A stretch of 64,000 bases of DNA from Veleropilina oligotropha (GCA_048128005.1 JBEUKZ010000078.1:124001-188000), one strand, 5' to 3'; shown: positions 14,950 through 27,402, numbered from the stretch's first letter. Made by a program: numbers and translations. Notes: generated from the sequence alone by a model not told the origin.

Positions 14950-17900
14950 TACTGCGCCGGTGCCAGTTACCAATATCTCTTTTCTACAATGCATGAACAA
15001 ACCAGTCATTGTATGAGTAGATCAGGACATAAGAATAACATACACAAAATAATACGGAGGCTGTAATTATACAAACTAATATACCTAATTATTATACATT
15101 TAATGCAAGAACAGAAGCTCATAAATACTAATAATGCTAAGTAAATAGATGTGCATGTGCATACATATATTGATAAATGTACCTACATTTGGATAAGTTA
15201 CCCCACTCCTTTCTCAATATAAACATAATGAGTTGTTTAATTACGAGGTGGAATCATTAGGCTAGCATTGCAACAGCTGCTGTGAGTTTCCAAGACAAAC
15301 CACCCACATATATCAATGAACCTCTTTTTTCCATATGAACCTGGAAATTATTGAAAAATATCTAATTCTGCTAATTGTAGAGTTAAGAAACAATTTTGCA
15401 AAATTCAGAAAATGCTTTTGACCTGGTTCTAGTTCCCAATATTATAAACTTCAAATCCAAGCGTTACAAATTGTTGAGTACTCTTAGTATTAATTTTATG
15501 AGATTTATTTTTCACTTCATGTATATTTTATGTACTAGTGCATACATATGCAATAATAAGCAATGCGCTTAGAGTTGTCTAGGAATAAGTGCAATATATA
15601 GCTGTTTTAATAATAACAAGCAGTGTCTTAAGTGGTTGGATATTATTATTGTATGTGAACACGAAAATTAATGCATACTAGCCATTTGCATTCACCACTA
15701 TTTTTGTGCATCCTGATCATAACTAATTTGATCAATAACTAAAAGACTCCATTAACTATAGCTAATTACTTGTGAATATTATAAATTTAGAATGAATTGT
15801 CATGTTCAGATCTTAGGTCATCCTCCAGCTTTTATAACATATTATACGTCATTGTTTAAAACAGCCTTATACACTATCTATTTGCAACCTGTTAACCCTA
15901 GCAGCCATCTTGTGGGTATCAGGTTTATCCATATGATTTCATGGATCCTTAAATGTTGGGTTACCAATATGGTGTCTGCAATGTAGTAGGGTATAATTAC
16001 CTCCAGATCTTGATTTGCAAGCTTTGTTTGTATTGCTTAGTATAATTTACGACAAATTATTGTCTACACAGTTTTACACCCCTTTGTTAATTGACCTGTA
16101 ATGACTTAGTTGTCATCTTATTAGTGATAAATTAACCCAGATGATTTCATAGATCCTTAGAGTCAAGATGGTTCCTGTAACTTATTGGGCTGGCAATATC
16201 CTATATAAAATGTCATATAATGATCTTGGTTATTACCTACAGGCTCATGTAAGCAAACACATCATATTGAACTGTCACAATCAACAAAGAGTAGCTGGAG
16301 TCCAGGTAAGTGCAATTATTATATGCCTGTTAATTTTTAAATGAGCATTTGTTAAGATTAATCTCTCACTATGAAAGTTAAGGCCTATCTATTGTATTTA
16401 TTTAGTCATTTGACATGAATATCAAATTATAATTACCTATGACGTTTTGGAAAACGGGGAAATCCCTGACCTATTAAACTCTGAATAATTTAAGTGTAAA
16501 TAAAAATCATTAAATTATTTAACAAATCTGCTTTGATTACCTTCATAATATTGTTGTTACAAGTTAATGAACTTCCACTATTCTGCATGTATATATATAT
16601 TGTACATCCATTACAAAGTTACTATGGGAGATATTGATGGTACGTTAATTTTAAATTTACTGAAGTGAAAATTCTGAACAAGGTAATGTTGAAATAAATA
16701 ACAAATCACTGTTTCATGCAAGGTATTTCTCTTGTAAATATAAATTTACATTTACCCTTTGAAAGGTCACAATTATTGCATAAAGCAATTATATATTGTG
16801 TTGACTCTATTTGCAATGCTATAATTAAAAAAGCATGCTTTCAAAATCATTTATACATGTATGTATGTAAATGATAGCACAATATTTTAAAATGCTGTTT
16901 CAGTTTTAAGCGTTTTGATTGATTCTGAACACAAATGTAATATAATATCATATATACTGAATTACAGATGGTCTACAGGCTACTGTAATCAGGAATATAT
17001 ATTCATATTCATCAGAACTCAAAATATGAATATGAAAATTGCACTTACCAACTTAATGTTAAATTAATCCACACACCGGAGTATTATTACCAATATATGC
17101 AGGTGATTTGATAAAATGAGAAAAGGCTGAGACAGCCGATGGTTCTTCACCTACCAGGCCTTTTATTTATACCTGCTATTCTGAACTTGTTTACCATCCT
17201 ATTGACAGCAGGTTCTCATTAATTAAGCTAATCAAGGATCGCTCTTACCTTCTCATGCTGTGTAAGAGGGAAGGGTGGTGATGATGAATTGATGTTTAAC
17301 GACCACGCCAACAGTATTTCAGTTGTTTAGTGGAATATTTATGGTGTCCAGGTAATTACTGATTGCCGAATCAAACTAATCCGATTACCTAGGCACAGTA
17401 CATCAATCTATAATATTTTTCGACTCCATGGCATTTTATCGACCATATCAACTTAAAGTTAAGCGCAGTGTGACGGATGAGCTATCTCATAGACTATGTT
17501 CAAAGTCGAGAACACACATTAAATTGTATAAATATATTTCCAATATTTGAACTTAATGTAGCCTATGATGTGGTTATTTGAAAGTATAAAAAATGTATCA
17601 ATTCTATAAATCAAAAAAGATTTGCGTGTTTGTGACTTTATATAAGATTCATCGACAAAGATCAGTTGTAAAGATATTTTACCAATATTCCAACTTAATG
17701 TAGCCTACGATGCTGTTAACTAATTTGTCAAGTATTAGAAAAGTATCATTTCCCTAAATGAAAAATAATTGTTAGTTTGTGACTTTATATAAGCTTTCAG
17801 TGACAAAGACCAAAGTCATAAAATAATAATTAAATTGTATAAATATATTTCCAATACTCGACCTTAATGAGCCTATGATGTGGTAAATTGATTTACAAGT

Positions 17901-18432
17901 CAAGTATAAGAAAGGTATCATTTCTCTAAATGGAAAAAAATGTGACTTCACATAAATTTTCAGTGACAAAGACCAAATTCATAAAAAATAATAATGTGGT
18001 TAACTGATTTGTAAAGTTTCAGAAACGTACCATTTCTTTAAGTCTTAGTGAAATTTTTTATTGATTTTTGCATGTATATTTGAATGGACATAAGCTTTCA
18101 GAGTTCTAAGTTGCAAAAAACTTTTGAAATATCCCAATACATTCAAACTTGAGGTACCGACTGATGTGGTTTATTGAGATTTCAAGTTTCAGAAAGCCCA
18201 GAAGTAAATCTTTAGTGAGTTTGTAAGGCAGGCCTACATGCACTTAGAGCTGTAAAAGATAAAGTGCAATAGAAATGGTTTAAATAATAATGATAATAAT
18301 TCGGAATCACAACTTTGATACAGTAGATTCCACTTTATGAGGTACCGGTTATAAAGAAATTCCTATAAATATCACACTTTTCTGAAACACAGAATCCCTT
18401 AATATTAATTATATATTGGACATAATCCATTT

Positions 18433-18792
18433 GCGTCGTGGCTCAGTGGTAGTGCACTGGCCTCTCATCGAATGGTTTGGTGTTCAATTCACGATCCCGG
18501 TGAATTGCCTTGGGCAAGGAATTAAGCATATATATATATATATATATGTGCCTCAGTTTCACCCAGCCGAGTGAGATCTGAGTGGGTACCTGGTTGGCAG
18601 CGACAGAAATTGTCAAAACGATTGGTCAAGTGCCTAACAGGCATGTACTTGCACGTAATACTCTCAAAGAGTTGAGATGGATTATTGAATGAATAGGTCA
18701 ATAATCCGGGAATAATAATTATGTAAGCGCTTTGAGCATGCACTTGTGTGTGAGAAACCGCGGATAAAATCGTTCACATTACCGGTATTATT
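18433..18792 (+). mobile_element. tRNA-derived CORE-like SINE (family A)
   Basis: A-box gtggctcagtggtag, B-box-like gttcaattc, core ccttgggcaag...gcctcagtttcacccag...gggtacc, L2-like tail tgtaagcgctttgag; second copy at 36797-37143. Confidence 0.75.
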
Positions 18793-19322
18793 TTATAGTT
18801 ACATACAGAACAAAATATGCATCCATCCAGAAAGGACCAATACCACTCAATAGTGATTAACCAATTGTTTCGGCAACTAAATTAAAGCAAGAGTAATATT
18901 AGGCTACTAACAAGACTTTTCAATAATACATTTCAATAGTTGAATCCAGTTATTAAAACATTAATATTAGCTTTCATTTCAACATTCATAACTTTTACAG
19001 AGTCTTTGTGTACAAATAACATCTTAATTTACTATGTGCATTATGATGTTAGATATCCTACAGTTTCCTATTAATAATTGTACAACTGACTAAGATTAAT
19101 GACAAGAAACTTTTTAAATGTCAAAATATAAACCCTGCTATTTAACATAATTCGGCTAACAAACATAATTTCTCCAGACACAGTATGTAACAGATTTTAT
19201 TTATTGATGTAATAAATCCCTGCAGTGTTTACGATGATGATGACAGGTTCATTATTGCAATTAACATTACCCTTAGTCAATTTTATATCATTAATACACT
19301 GCAAATTGTAAAGAAGTATCAT

Positions 19323-22300
19323 ATGAAAAAGCTCTGTTTTATGTTTTTTATTTTAGATATGCCGAAAGTCATAACACGATGTTCATGTAATCGACATGAT
19401 GAATGGAAGCATAATGCCATAGCAGATCCTGAAAGATATCTCAGATTTTGTGACAAAGTGAACAAGCATATCAAATACATCTTTCACAAGAATCAATTAT
19501 TGAGAAGTTACAGCAAATATAAGAAAGGTTACAGAGAGATTGTGGTGTGCATGAACTGCTTGTCTTGTGTTACAACCCAACAACAATTATTTCAGTCAGA
19601 ATCTGGACATCTGGAGTCTGTACCAGAATGCGAAATTCGACACCAGGAGCACTTAACCACCCCTTGGAAGTTAGACACAGGCAAAGACATCAACTCCAGC
19701 AGTGCAGGTCCCAGTGAAATTAAGAGACATCAGAATGATTTTCAGTGTCATGAAAATTCTCACTTTTGTTCACCAGTGCATTCTCCCTTGACTAAAACTG
19801 ACATTGCAGAAAACTGTGCAAGTCCTGACCTGAAAACTTATCACTTTAACATTGTGAAATCATGCATTCAGAAGGGAAATGTTTTACAAAGTGATCTGGC
19901 AGAGTTAGCTTATTGCATTGGAAAGTCACAACAGAAAGCAATTGGAAGTGATATTTTAAACATAAGCAAACAATTTAAAGATGACAATTATTTGTGCAAT
20001 TTTGATTCAGAAATTTGGTATTCTAAGAGAAATCCAGTTGTGACAGGTTTCATCAATGGACTAAGTGACAGTCATCGATCAACTGGGAATATTACGTATC
20101 TCAAAGTAAAGGCCCTGGAGCAGCTCTATCATGCGCAAAATTCAAAGTATGTGATGCCCCAAGCATTTGCAGAAAATCTTCTGACTTATTCAATAACTGG
20201 TAGCAAAGCTGCTACCAACATCTCTGCTGCTGGTCATCCATCTGGCAGCTACTGGACCATTAAGAATTGGCTAAGAGACCATGCAGCAGATGCATTATCC
20301 TTCCCAGATGGAGACTTGTTTGTGGCTTTTGACAATCAGCAAATTGTTGGCAAGACATACCGGGTCAAATTGCATTCTAAGGTGCCGATATCAATGCTGA
20401 CAAGTGTATGTCTTGTAAGAATTAACAAAGAAATTCATGATCAGCTTCAGATAAAAGAGGAACTTTCACTTCCTAGCGAATTGTTTGATTACAAGTTATA
20501 CTCTGAAAAACTGTCTTCACTCTTTCGTGAGAACAATGATTTTGAGGATGAAAGATCGACACAAAGTCAATACGAAGATGAGCATTATGAACAATTATAT
20601 ATATATTTGCATTCGCAATTACAAAAAGTATACAGTGAACATAGAATGCGTCAATTTGATGATATTGATGTAAAGTTACAGAAGGAGGCATCAAAAAGAG
20701 ATAAAAAATGTCCAGAATGCTTTCATACTTTTCCAAAATTAAAAAGGATCTGTCCACACTGTAAAGTTCATCTGGTGAGAAATATGGATAGCGAAATTGA
20801 ACATAGCTTGGAAAAAGACAGATCTGAGGAAGATAACACACAAATGCAAAAGGAATTTGGATATGTATTAGCAAATGGAAATTACGAAAAATCGTTGAAA
20901 GCAGTTATAAGTGATAAAGATGAATATCAGCTTCACGTTGGTGATCCAATATTTGTCAATCCAAATTCGTATGACAATTTAGCCACAGTCCTGAGAGAAA
21001 TTGGACAAAGAGCTGGGATTCATGGAGGTCCAGGACAGCGACGGTGGTTACCATGTGTCATGGATGGTGTGCCATATAACATTGTTCACAAACTGATTAG
21101 AAATATGTACATATGTAGTGTTTGTGATCTATCATTCTATGGTATATCTCTCCTGAATGAACATTTGAATGAATGTCATGCAACAGAAGATATGGTTACA
21201 AAGCTTGAATTCGATTGGTTGTTGTTGCTACCTGGTGAAGGTCATATGGAAATGAATATGATAAGAACTTTCTTTGAATTCTCCTGGGACATTTGTCTTT
21301 CTCAACTGGGAAGAATATTGGGATTTTGTACAGATGCAGCAGCGAACTACTGCAAAAAAGCATGTGATATGCACAAAGCATGGGGACTTTTGACTATTTT
21401 CTTTTTGGGAACAATGGATGAATTGATTCTCCCATATATTAGAAAGTCGATCCGTAACAATGATATGCCTACTGTGAAGGGGTACTTAAGTTATCTCAAG
21501 TTGACCAAAAACCCAAATTACATTCTATATACCGAACTGGTATTCAGATATGCTCTCGCGATCATTAATCACCGAGCAGGTGTCAGACAGAGGAATGCTC
21601 CTTTGATGAGATCAGGAAGACACAAGTTTGCTCCATTGTTTCATGGAAGGAATCATCCAAAATACCAGCTGATCGACATTGCTGACAGTGCAAATTACCA
21701 CCTATATGATGATGAAGTGAAGACATTTCTGGATCACAACTGTTCATTCAGTTCAACTGGAAAACAATCAAAAGCAGAAGGTTTAGATTTTGTGTTAGAA
21801 AATTTAAATAAGCAGTCTAAATCATGGATTTGTGGATTCCCAAATACAAAGCAATGGCTGAACATATACAGAAATCTGGACAAAATGCAACTGATCAGGG
21901 ATAACACGATAAAACAAATGGATATTGATGATCCAACAAATGATACCGATCACAAGTCAGTATATGACAATGAAATTGCAATGTGGAGGAGCCACTTGCG
22001 GAAGTCCAAAATTCTTTCTGAACCATATCACTTAGAACAACTACAAAGTATCACTGGAATTGAGTTGGATAGTGACTTAAAAGAATTCACACAGATGGCA
22101 ATCATTAGACAAAAACGTCGAACTGAACTTTTTTTAATGTGTGATGAGAACATAAAAAGTCAGGCACCATTATTTGTTACAAGACAAGAAAGGGACAAAT
22201 ATGAAAGCCTGGAAAACCAAACTAAGGACAACCTGCAAGTCATGTTTGGTGCATATCTTGAAATGTTACCCCATGATATGCAATTGACATATGCCGAGTC

Positions 22301-22412
22301 CTTGAAAAGCATTAAAAACAGAAGGAAAGGAGACATTGTTGCAATAGTACAGGAAGTAAAACAAAAGGTAATGGAGGTATCGAAAGGTAATAATTCATTT
22401 GTTATTGATTAA
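19323..22412 (+). CDS. Intact putative DDE transposase, Academ/DUF6589-like, with zinc-binding motifs
   Basis: Uninterrupted 1029-codon ORF; the probable start is MPKV at 19359, after a ttttag acceptor. Ordered motifs VAFDNQQ, VMDGVPY, LPGEGHMEMN, RAGVRQRN, PLFHGRNHPKY, GLDFVLENLNK parallel the DN / D..Y / G.FH..M / R.G / F...H.NY / D...E..N series I recall for Academ and DUF6589 proteins. Also a CPEC-x11-CPHC zinc ribbon and a CSVC-x12-H-x4-H finger. Confidence 0.65.
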   Translation: MKKLCFMFFILDMPKVITRCSCNRHDEWKHNAIADPERYLRFCDKVNKHIKYIFHKNQLLRSYSKYKKGYREIVVCMNCLSCVTTQQQLFQSESGHLESVPECEIRHQEHLTTPWKLDTGKDINSSSAGPSEIKRHQNDFQCHENSHFCSPVHSPLTKTDIAENCASPDLKTYHFNIVKSCIQKGNVLQSDLAELAYCIGKSQQKAIGSDILNISKQFKDDNYLCNFDSEIWYSKRNPVVTGFINGLSDSHRSTGNITYLKVKALEQLYHAQNSKYVMPQAFAENLLTYSITGSKAATNISAAGHPSGSYWTIKNWLRDHAADALSFPDGDLFVAFDNQQIVGKTYRVKLHSKVPISMLTSVCLVRINKEIHDQLQIKEELSLPSELFDYKLYSEKLSSLFRENNDFEDERSTQSQYEDEHYEQLYIYLHSQLQKVYSEHRMRQFDDIDVKLQKEASKRDKKCPECFHTFPKLKRICPHCKVHLVRNMDSEIEHSLEKDRSEEDNTQMQKEFGYVLANGNYEKSLKAVISDKDEYQLHVGDPIFVNPNSYDNLATVLREIGQRAGIHGGPGQRRWLPCVMDGVPYNIVHKLIRNMYICSVCDLSFYGISLLNEHLNECHATEDMVTKLEFDWLLLLPGEGHMEMNMIRTFFEFSWDICLSQLGRILGFCTDAAANYCKKACDMHKAWGLLTIFFLGTMDELILPYIRKSIRNNDMPTVKGYLSYLKLTKNPNYILYTELVFRYALAIINHRAGVRQRNAPLMRSGRHKFAPLFHGRNHPKYQLIDIADSANYHLYDDEVKTFLDHNCSFSSTGKQSKAEGLDFVLENLNKQSKSWICGFPNTKQWLNIYRNLDKMQLIRDNTIKQMDIDDPTNDTDHKSVYDNEIAMWRSHLRKSKILSEPYHLEQLQSITGIELDSDLKEFTQMAIIRQKRRTELFLMCDENIKSQAPLFVTRQERDKYESLENQTKDNLQVMFGAYLEMLPHDMQLTYAESLKSIKNRRKGDIVAIVQEVKQKVMEVSKGNNSFVID

Positions 22413-22639
22413 TTCGAAGTATTGTTCAATTGTATTTTGAAATATTTGTTTTCTAATAAATTTGTTCGAATTAATTACTCCATAAATTCATCAATTTTAA
22501 AATAAAGATGAACATATAAACAACATTATAATGAATAACTTTTAATTTGTGCTTTTGTTTTTATGTCATTTTGGTATTATTTGCAATCAACAATATCAAA
22601 AGTGTTGTAACTATACAGAAAATCTTGCATTATTGGATT

Positions 22640-22891
22640 ATAGGTCTCTTATTATGTGGACCAAGATCTTTTCTTCTAAATAACATATTAAATTAGTCCC
22701 TCACATGAAGAAAAGCCAAATGGTAATCCTGTTTGAAAAAACCTTCTTTTAGAGGACCTAGTATATCTTGTTCTGGACTTGGGGCATTTAAGTCTACAAA
22801 ACTGAATTTTAACACTGAAGTCTTCTATTTAGGAGACCTACGGTCTCCTATCTTGAAGACCAAAGGAGGTCCCCTGTATAGGGTACCTCAA
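22640..22891 (+). repeat. Partial third copy of the ~463-bp repeat, immediately downstream of the transposase
   Basis: Near-identical to 26059-26303 and 26521-26766 (taggtctcttattatgtggacc...gggtacctcaa). Confidence 0.9.
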
Positions 22892-23424
22892 TGGGAACGG
22901 ACATCATCATTACAAAGGCTCACTTTTATGCTTAAAATGCGAGCCAAAACTGTGATTTAATTTAATAATATATCAATAATAAGTTATTGTTTTGTATTTG
23001 CTATCAAAACATTAATGGCATGACTTGCTCTAGGTATTCATTAACACAGAATGTTATAGCAGTTATTTTAAAGAATAAATTTGTTACATAATAATATTTA
23101 TTAAATCTATTGGTACAATATATAAACATTTCTTAACTACATTGTCTCCTTGTTGTTTCTTTGTGTTGTGTACGATCTTATCATCTTCAATCGTTGTGTG
23201 ATCACCAAACAGATCAGACATGGTACTTTACCCGCGGATTCAAGCCGAGTTCCAGTACTCACATACCTCTCACAGCAAAGCGAGTTACTAGTCCCCAAGC
23301 CATCGAGGGCGCCCGGTGGCCGAGTGAATAGTGAGCTCACTCCAATTCAACTTGACCTGTATACAATGTCACTATCATTGCGAGTTCCGAGTCCGGTCTA
23401 AGGCAATAATTCGTCATCAGACAC

Positions 23425-23556
23425 AGTTGTCCATAGCTGGCCTGTGCGAGTGGGTTTCACCGGTTAAATCCGGGCTTTCCTCCCACAATAATATGGACAT
23501 GTCCTGGTTTGACCCGAAGAGGGTGTAAGGACAATAAACACCAACGCACTCACTCT
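23425..23556 (+). mobile_element. SINE fragment (family C); related fragments at ~39820-39945, ~55593-55655, ~59083-59200
   Basis: Shared motif ggctttcctc(c/a)c(a/g)c.ataata(t/c)ggacatgtcctg.tttga in four places. Confidence 0.55.
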
Positions 23557-23767
23557 CCAAGCCATCGATGAGTAACTTTTTCCCAAGGTACCTATGACTA
23601 GGTCACCAAACCTTGTATATATATCAGTCACTTGTGTAAACCCAGCACATTATGCATGTAAAATAATTATATTACCTGTATGATCGAAAAGTGATGTAAA
23701 ATCAGCATGCCCATGCAGGTCGCTGCTGGAATAATAGCCCATGCAATCAATCCAGTTTTATCACACA

Positions 23768-24559
23768 TAGGCTTCGAAATTGACCAGGTGTCCGGGGGTC
23801 CGTCGATTAAATTTACAATCGGACCCTCGGAATTGTGTCCTGGCGGGTCCGTTGTGGCCCGCCAGCAATTTCTGTAAAATATCATTGTCGGAAGGGCATT
23901 GGGTATATATCGTCGCCTCGTGGTCACGTTGTTCATACCTGACACTTCGCGCGCAGTTCAAATATAACTTCTAGAGAAATGAAATACGAAACGCCGTAGT
24001 AAAAGTTGCAAAACTTGCGAGAAGTTTTCCATGTTCTGTTCGAGATATTTGTTGTTTATGAATGTGACCTCGTTTTGTCTGCTGACATGGGAAGAGTAAC
24101 GATAATATTCCCGAAGTAGATCGGAAACAAGCGAACGATATTTTGCACACGTCTCTCAGTCGGCATCAGTGCTTTGAAGGTCGAGGCTGACGTGACCCAG
24201 TTTTCACTATTTCAATGCACACGATAACATTCTAATTTAGCAGAAACAGTTATACAGAAATACAGTTAGAGTAATGGACACATGTTTTTTTATGTTAGAT
24301 ACAGTAATTGTCATTCAATGAATGTGGGATTAGATATATTGGTCAAAATAATTGTTTATGTGACTAGGCTAATTACGTAATGCATGGAAAACGCAAATCG
24401 CTAATGAAAGGCCAAATGCATACCATATAGCAAAACACATTCATATCGCGACCAAATATGGATTATATACGGACCCCTTGAAAATTAGGCGGACCCCCAG
24501 AAGCTTCAGTCAGAGGGTCCGTATGGACCCCTGCTTCAAAATATTAATTTCTATCCCTG
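23768..24559. mobile_element. hAT-like MITE
   Basis: Imperfect TIRs taggcttcgaaatt / aatttctatccctg resembling those of 2084-2947; subterminal ggaccc/gggtcc repeats at both ends; no clean TSD. Confidence 0.55.
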
Positions 24560-25869
24560 CGTGACACATTATACTTGCTAATTCTGAGTTATTGAATTAT
24601 TCAAGATGTATACAGACAAACATTCAATATCACAATTTTCATTTGCATTTCAAGTCATGATATAATATATAAAAGAAATCTGCCTGTTAACCAGTTTGAT
24701 GATGGTGAAATGATGTGTTAGCAAGCATGTTATCTTTTTTAGTAATTACTTGGAATAGAATTGAATCAATTGGTTTGGTCTGGACCGAAGTTCACTATCC
24801 ACTTGAACGTGAACAGGCTTGTTCATTTTGAATTGGAATTTCATTTTAATATATCAGTAGAACCCACCCCGTCCAGGTGGTGGCAAACAACCAAGTCAAA
24901 CAATTATAGAACATAATAAAAACAATTAAAAGAGATCACTTCTTATTCATTTTCGCTTTTGCTTGTAAGCTTTAATGAACCATATTGATAACTGGGGAAA
25001 GTTCATTTGCTACAGGTATTATGTGGGATTTTAAAGAACACCATTTCACTTATTACAGCCAACACTGCATCTAATTGCAAGTCTCCCTAGGGAAGCATTA
25101 GTGTTAATTACAGTACCCATGATACATGATTATCTTCACTTAACACTTGATCCTGAACAACTTAGATATCAGTCAACATTTAATTGCATCCTTAATTAAG
25201 ACACTACTGATAACATACTCCCTAGGGAGTTAATGAACCTCAATACTTGACTGCAAGACATAAATGTGCACACACATATAAATATATAAATTTGGTTATG
25301 ACCAAAAAGCTTTGAAAACACCAGTTTTTGCAGATAACCACAGTTGATATGTCTGATTGGATAGAGACATTAAATGCTGGTCCACTTGCAGACTGAAATA
25401 TGGTTGAACATGATTATAAAAATTAGGGCTCACATTCATTTATGATGCTATTATCCTATTGGTGCCAATTGTTAAAAGACTGTTTGATGCATTCAACAAA
25501 TATTTTTTCAAAACAATGGAAAAAATCATCTAATAGCACAATGTAAATATATCATATTTCATGATAGCAATAAATGTTTCTTACCTGACAGTAGTTCAGA
25601 TAGAAGTTACAGACACGCCCACGGGAAAAACCTGTGATGTCACACTTTTTAGGTTTTGAGATAATGCATATTTAAAGTTCAAAACTATCTTATAGACTGA
25701 ACACACACACACGCAGGCATACATACATATATAATCAAAGTATTCAACCATTAGTTCATGAAAGCTGGTCACCATGGAAGTCATTAACCATCTGCATGTG
25801 AGTAATTACCAGCAGGCCTGATTACATAATGCTTGACTTGGAATGTGTTCACTTGACCTTCATCAGAGT

Positions 25870-26799
25870 GTCTCTCATGATTGTATATGTACTATTCAAA
25901 TATCACATATAAATGCTCCCCAGGGCCTATTTTTGGATTAAACATGTTCTGATAATAAAATATATCAGTAGGTTTTCTATTTTATATTGTAAAACATCTG
26001 GATTTAATGCTAAAGGCATGCTTTCTGAACTGATATCAGTGAAAGTAGGTCAAATCCTAGGTCTCTTATTATGTGGACCAAGATCTTTTCTTCTAAATTA
26101 CATAGTTAGTCCTTCACATGAAGAAAAGCCAAATAGCAATCCTGTTTGAAAAAACTTTCCTTTATAGGACCTAGTATATCTTGTTCTGGACCTGGGGCAT
26201 TTAAGTCTACAAAACTGAATTTTAACACTGAAGTCTTCTATTTAGGAGACCTACGGTCTCCTATCTTGAAGACCAAAGGAGGTCCCCTGCATAGGGTACC
26301 TCAAGGTACTCTGTATAGGAGACCTTATGAGGTCTCTCATGATTGTATATGTACTATTCAAATATCACATATAAATGCTCCCCATGGGCCTATTTTTGGA
26401 TTAAACATGTTCTGATAATAAAATATATCAGTAGGTTTTCTATTTTATATTGTAAAACATCTGGATTTAATGCTAAAGGCATGCTTTCTGAACTGATATC
26501 AGTGAAAGTAGGTCAAATCCTAGGTCTCTTATTATGTGGACCAAGATCTTTTCTTCTAAATTACATAGTTAGTCCATCACATGAAGAAAAGCCAAATAGC
26601 AATCCTGTTTGAAAAAACTTTCCTTTATAGGACCTAGTATATCTTGTTCTGGACCTGGGGCATTTAAGTCTACAAAACTGAATTTTAACACTGATGTCTT
26701 CTATTTAGGAGACCTACGGTCTCCTATCTTGAAGACCAAAGGAGGTCCCCTGCATAGGGTACCTCAAGGTACTCTGTATAGGAGACCTTATGAGGTCTC
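25870..26799 (+). repeat. Tandem duplication of a ~463-bp unit rich in CArG-like boxes and ggagacc/ggtctcc hairpins
   Basis: Units start at ~25870 and ~26332; duplicated ORFs offset by 463 (26146/26609); perfect CCTTTATAGG at 26159-26168 and 26622-26631. Confidence 0.9.
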
Positions 26800-27402
26800 C
26801 TAAAACAGACATTTCTCCCTGACTGAATTTAAAGAGCACAGACTTTGTCCGGCCTGTATCTCGGATCCTATGCATGCCAGCATGATTTCCTTTCATATAT
26901 TATTGACCCCTTACATGACATTGTGCAAGGCGGTGAAATTTTCCAAAAATGACCTTTCACCTTGCTGTAATCATCTTTACATTGATCTCTACATCGTGTC
27001 CGGGCTTGTTCTTCAAGATTTCAAATCATATCCATCTAATTTATTTGTAGATGCATTGCTCACACTTCAAGCTTGTGCAGAACGATAAAATTTTGTGTTC
27101 CCTTATTGATTTTCAATAGGTTGTGACTTTTGGAACATCATGAGGATATGAATGTGGAATGATTTCTCAATTGGGGAGACATGTTTTTTTTGTTTACACA
27201 AAAACAACTCCTCTATTTTTGAACCGCAGAATCTATCGGTTCAGTGTTTGCATAATTCATTGTTACGTATAGTGAACAAGCATAGAAGTCAACAAGCACC
27301 ATTATTTAACAGCACTTGGCCACTTTAACACAATTATGTTTTCGATGTACCATAACGCTTGCATCTTTATTTACTTTCCACTTACAGAAACGTTTTAGCA
27401 AA

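Noticed and set aside
13909..15009. Naming the MADS ORF SRF or MEF2
   Set aside because: Too divergent in the near-invariant core, lacks recognisable SAM/MEF2 domains, and is intronless.
18433..18500. Possible tRNA genes (also ~36797)
   Set aside because: A/B boxes are present but there is no complete cloverleaf, and the sequence continues into SINE core and tail.
22733..26896. Short ORFs within the 463-bp repeats
   Set aside because: Duplicated with the repeat, non-ATG or weak starts, no motifs.
12330..26970. TIRs/TSD for the putative MADS-Academ element
   Set aside because: I looked for the reverse complement of the 26800-26960 end and of the ggagacc repeats left of the MADS gene and found none, so no mobile_element boundaries are claimed.
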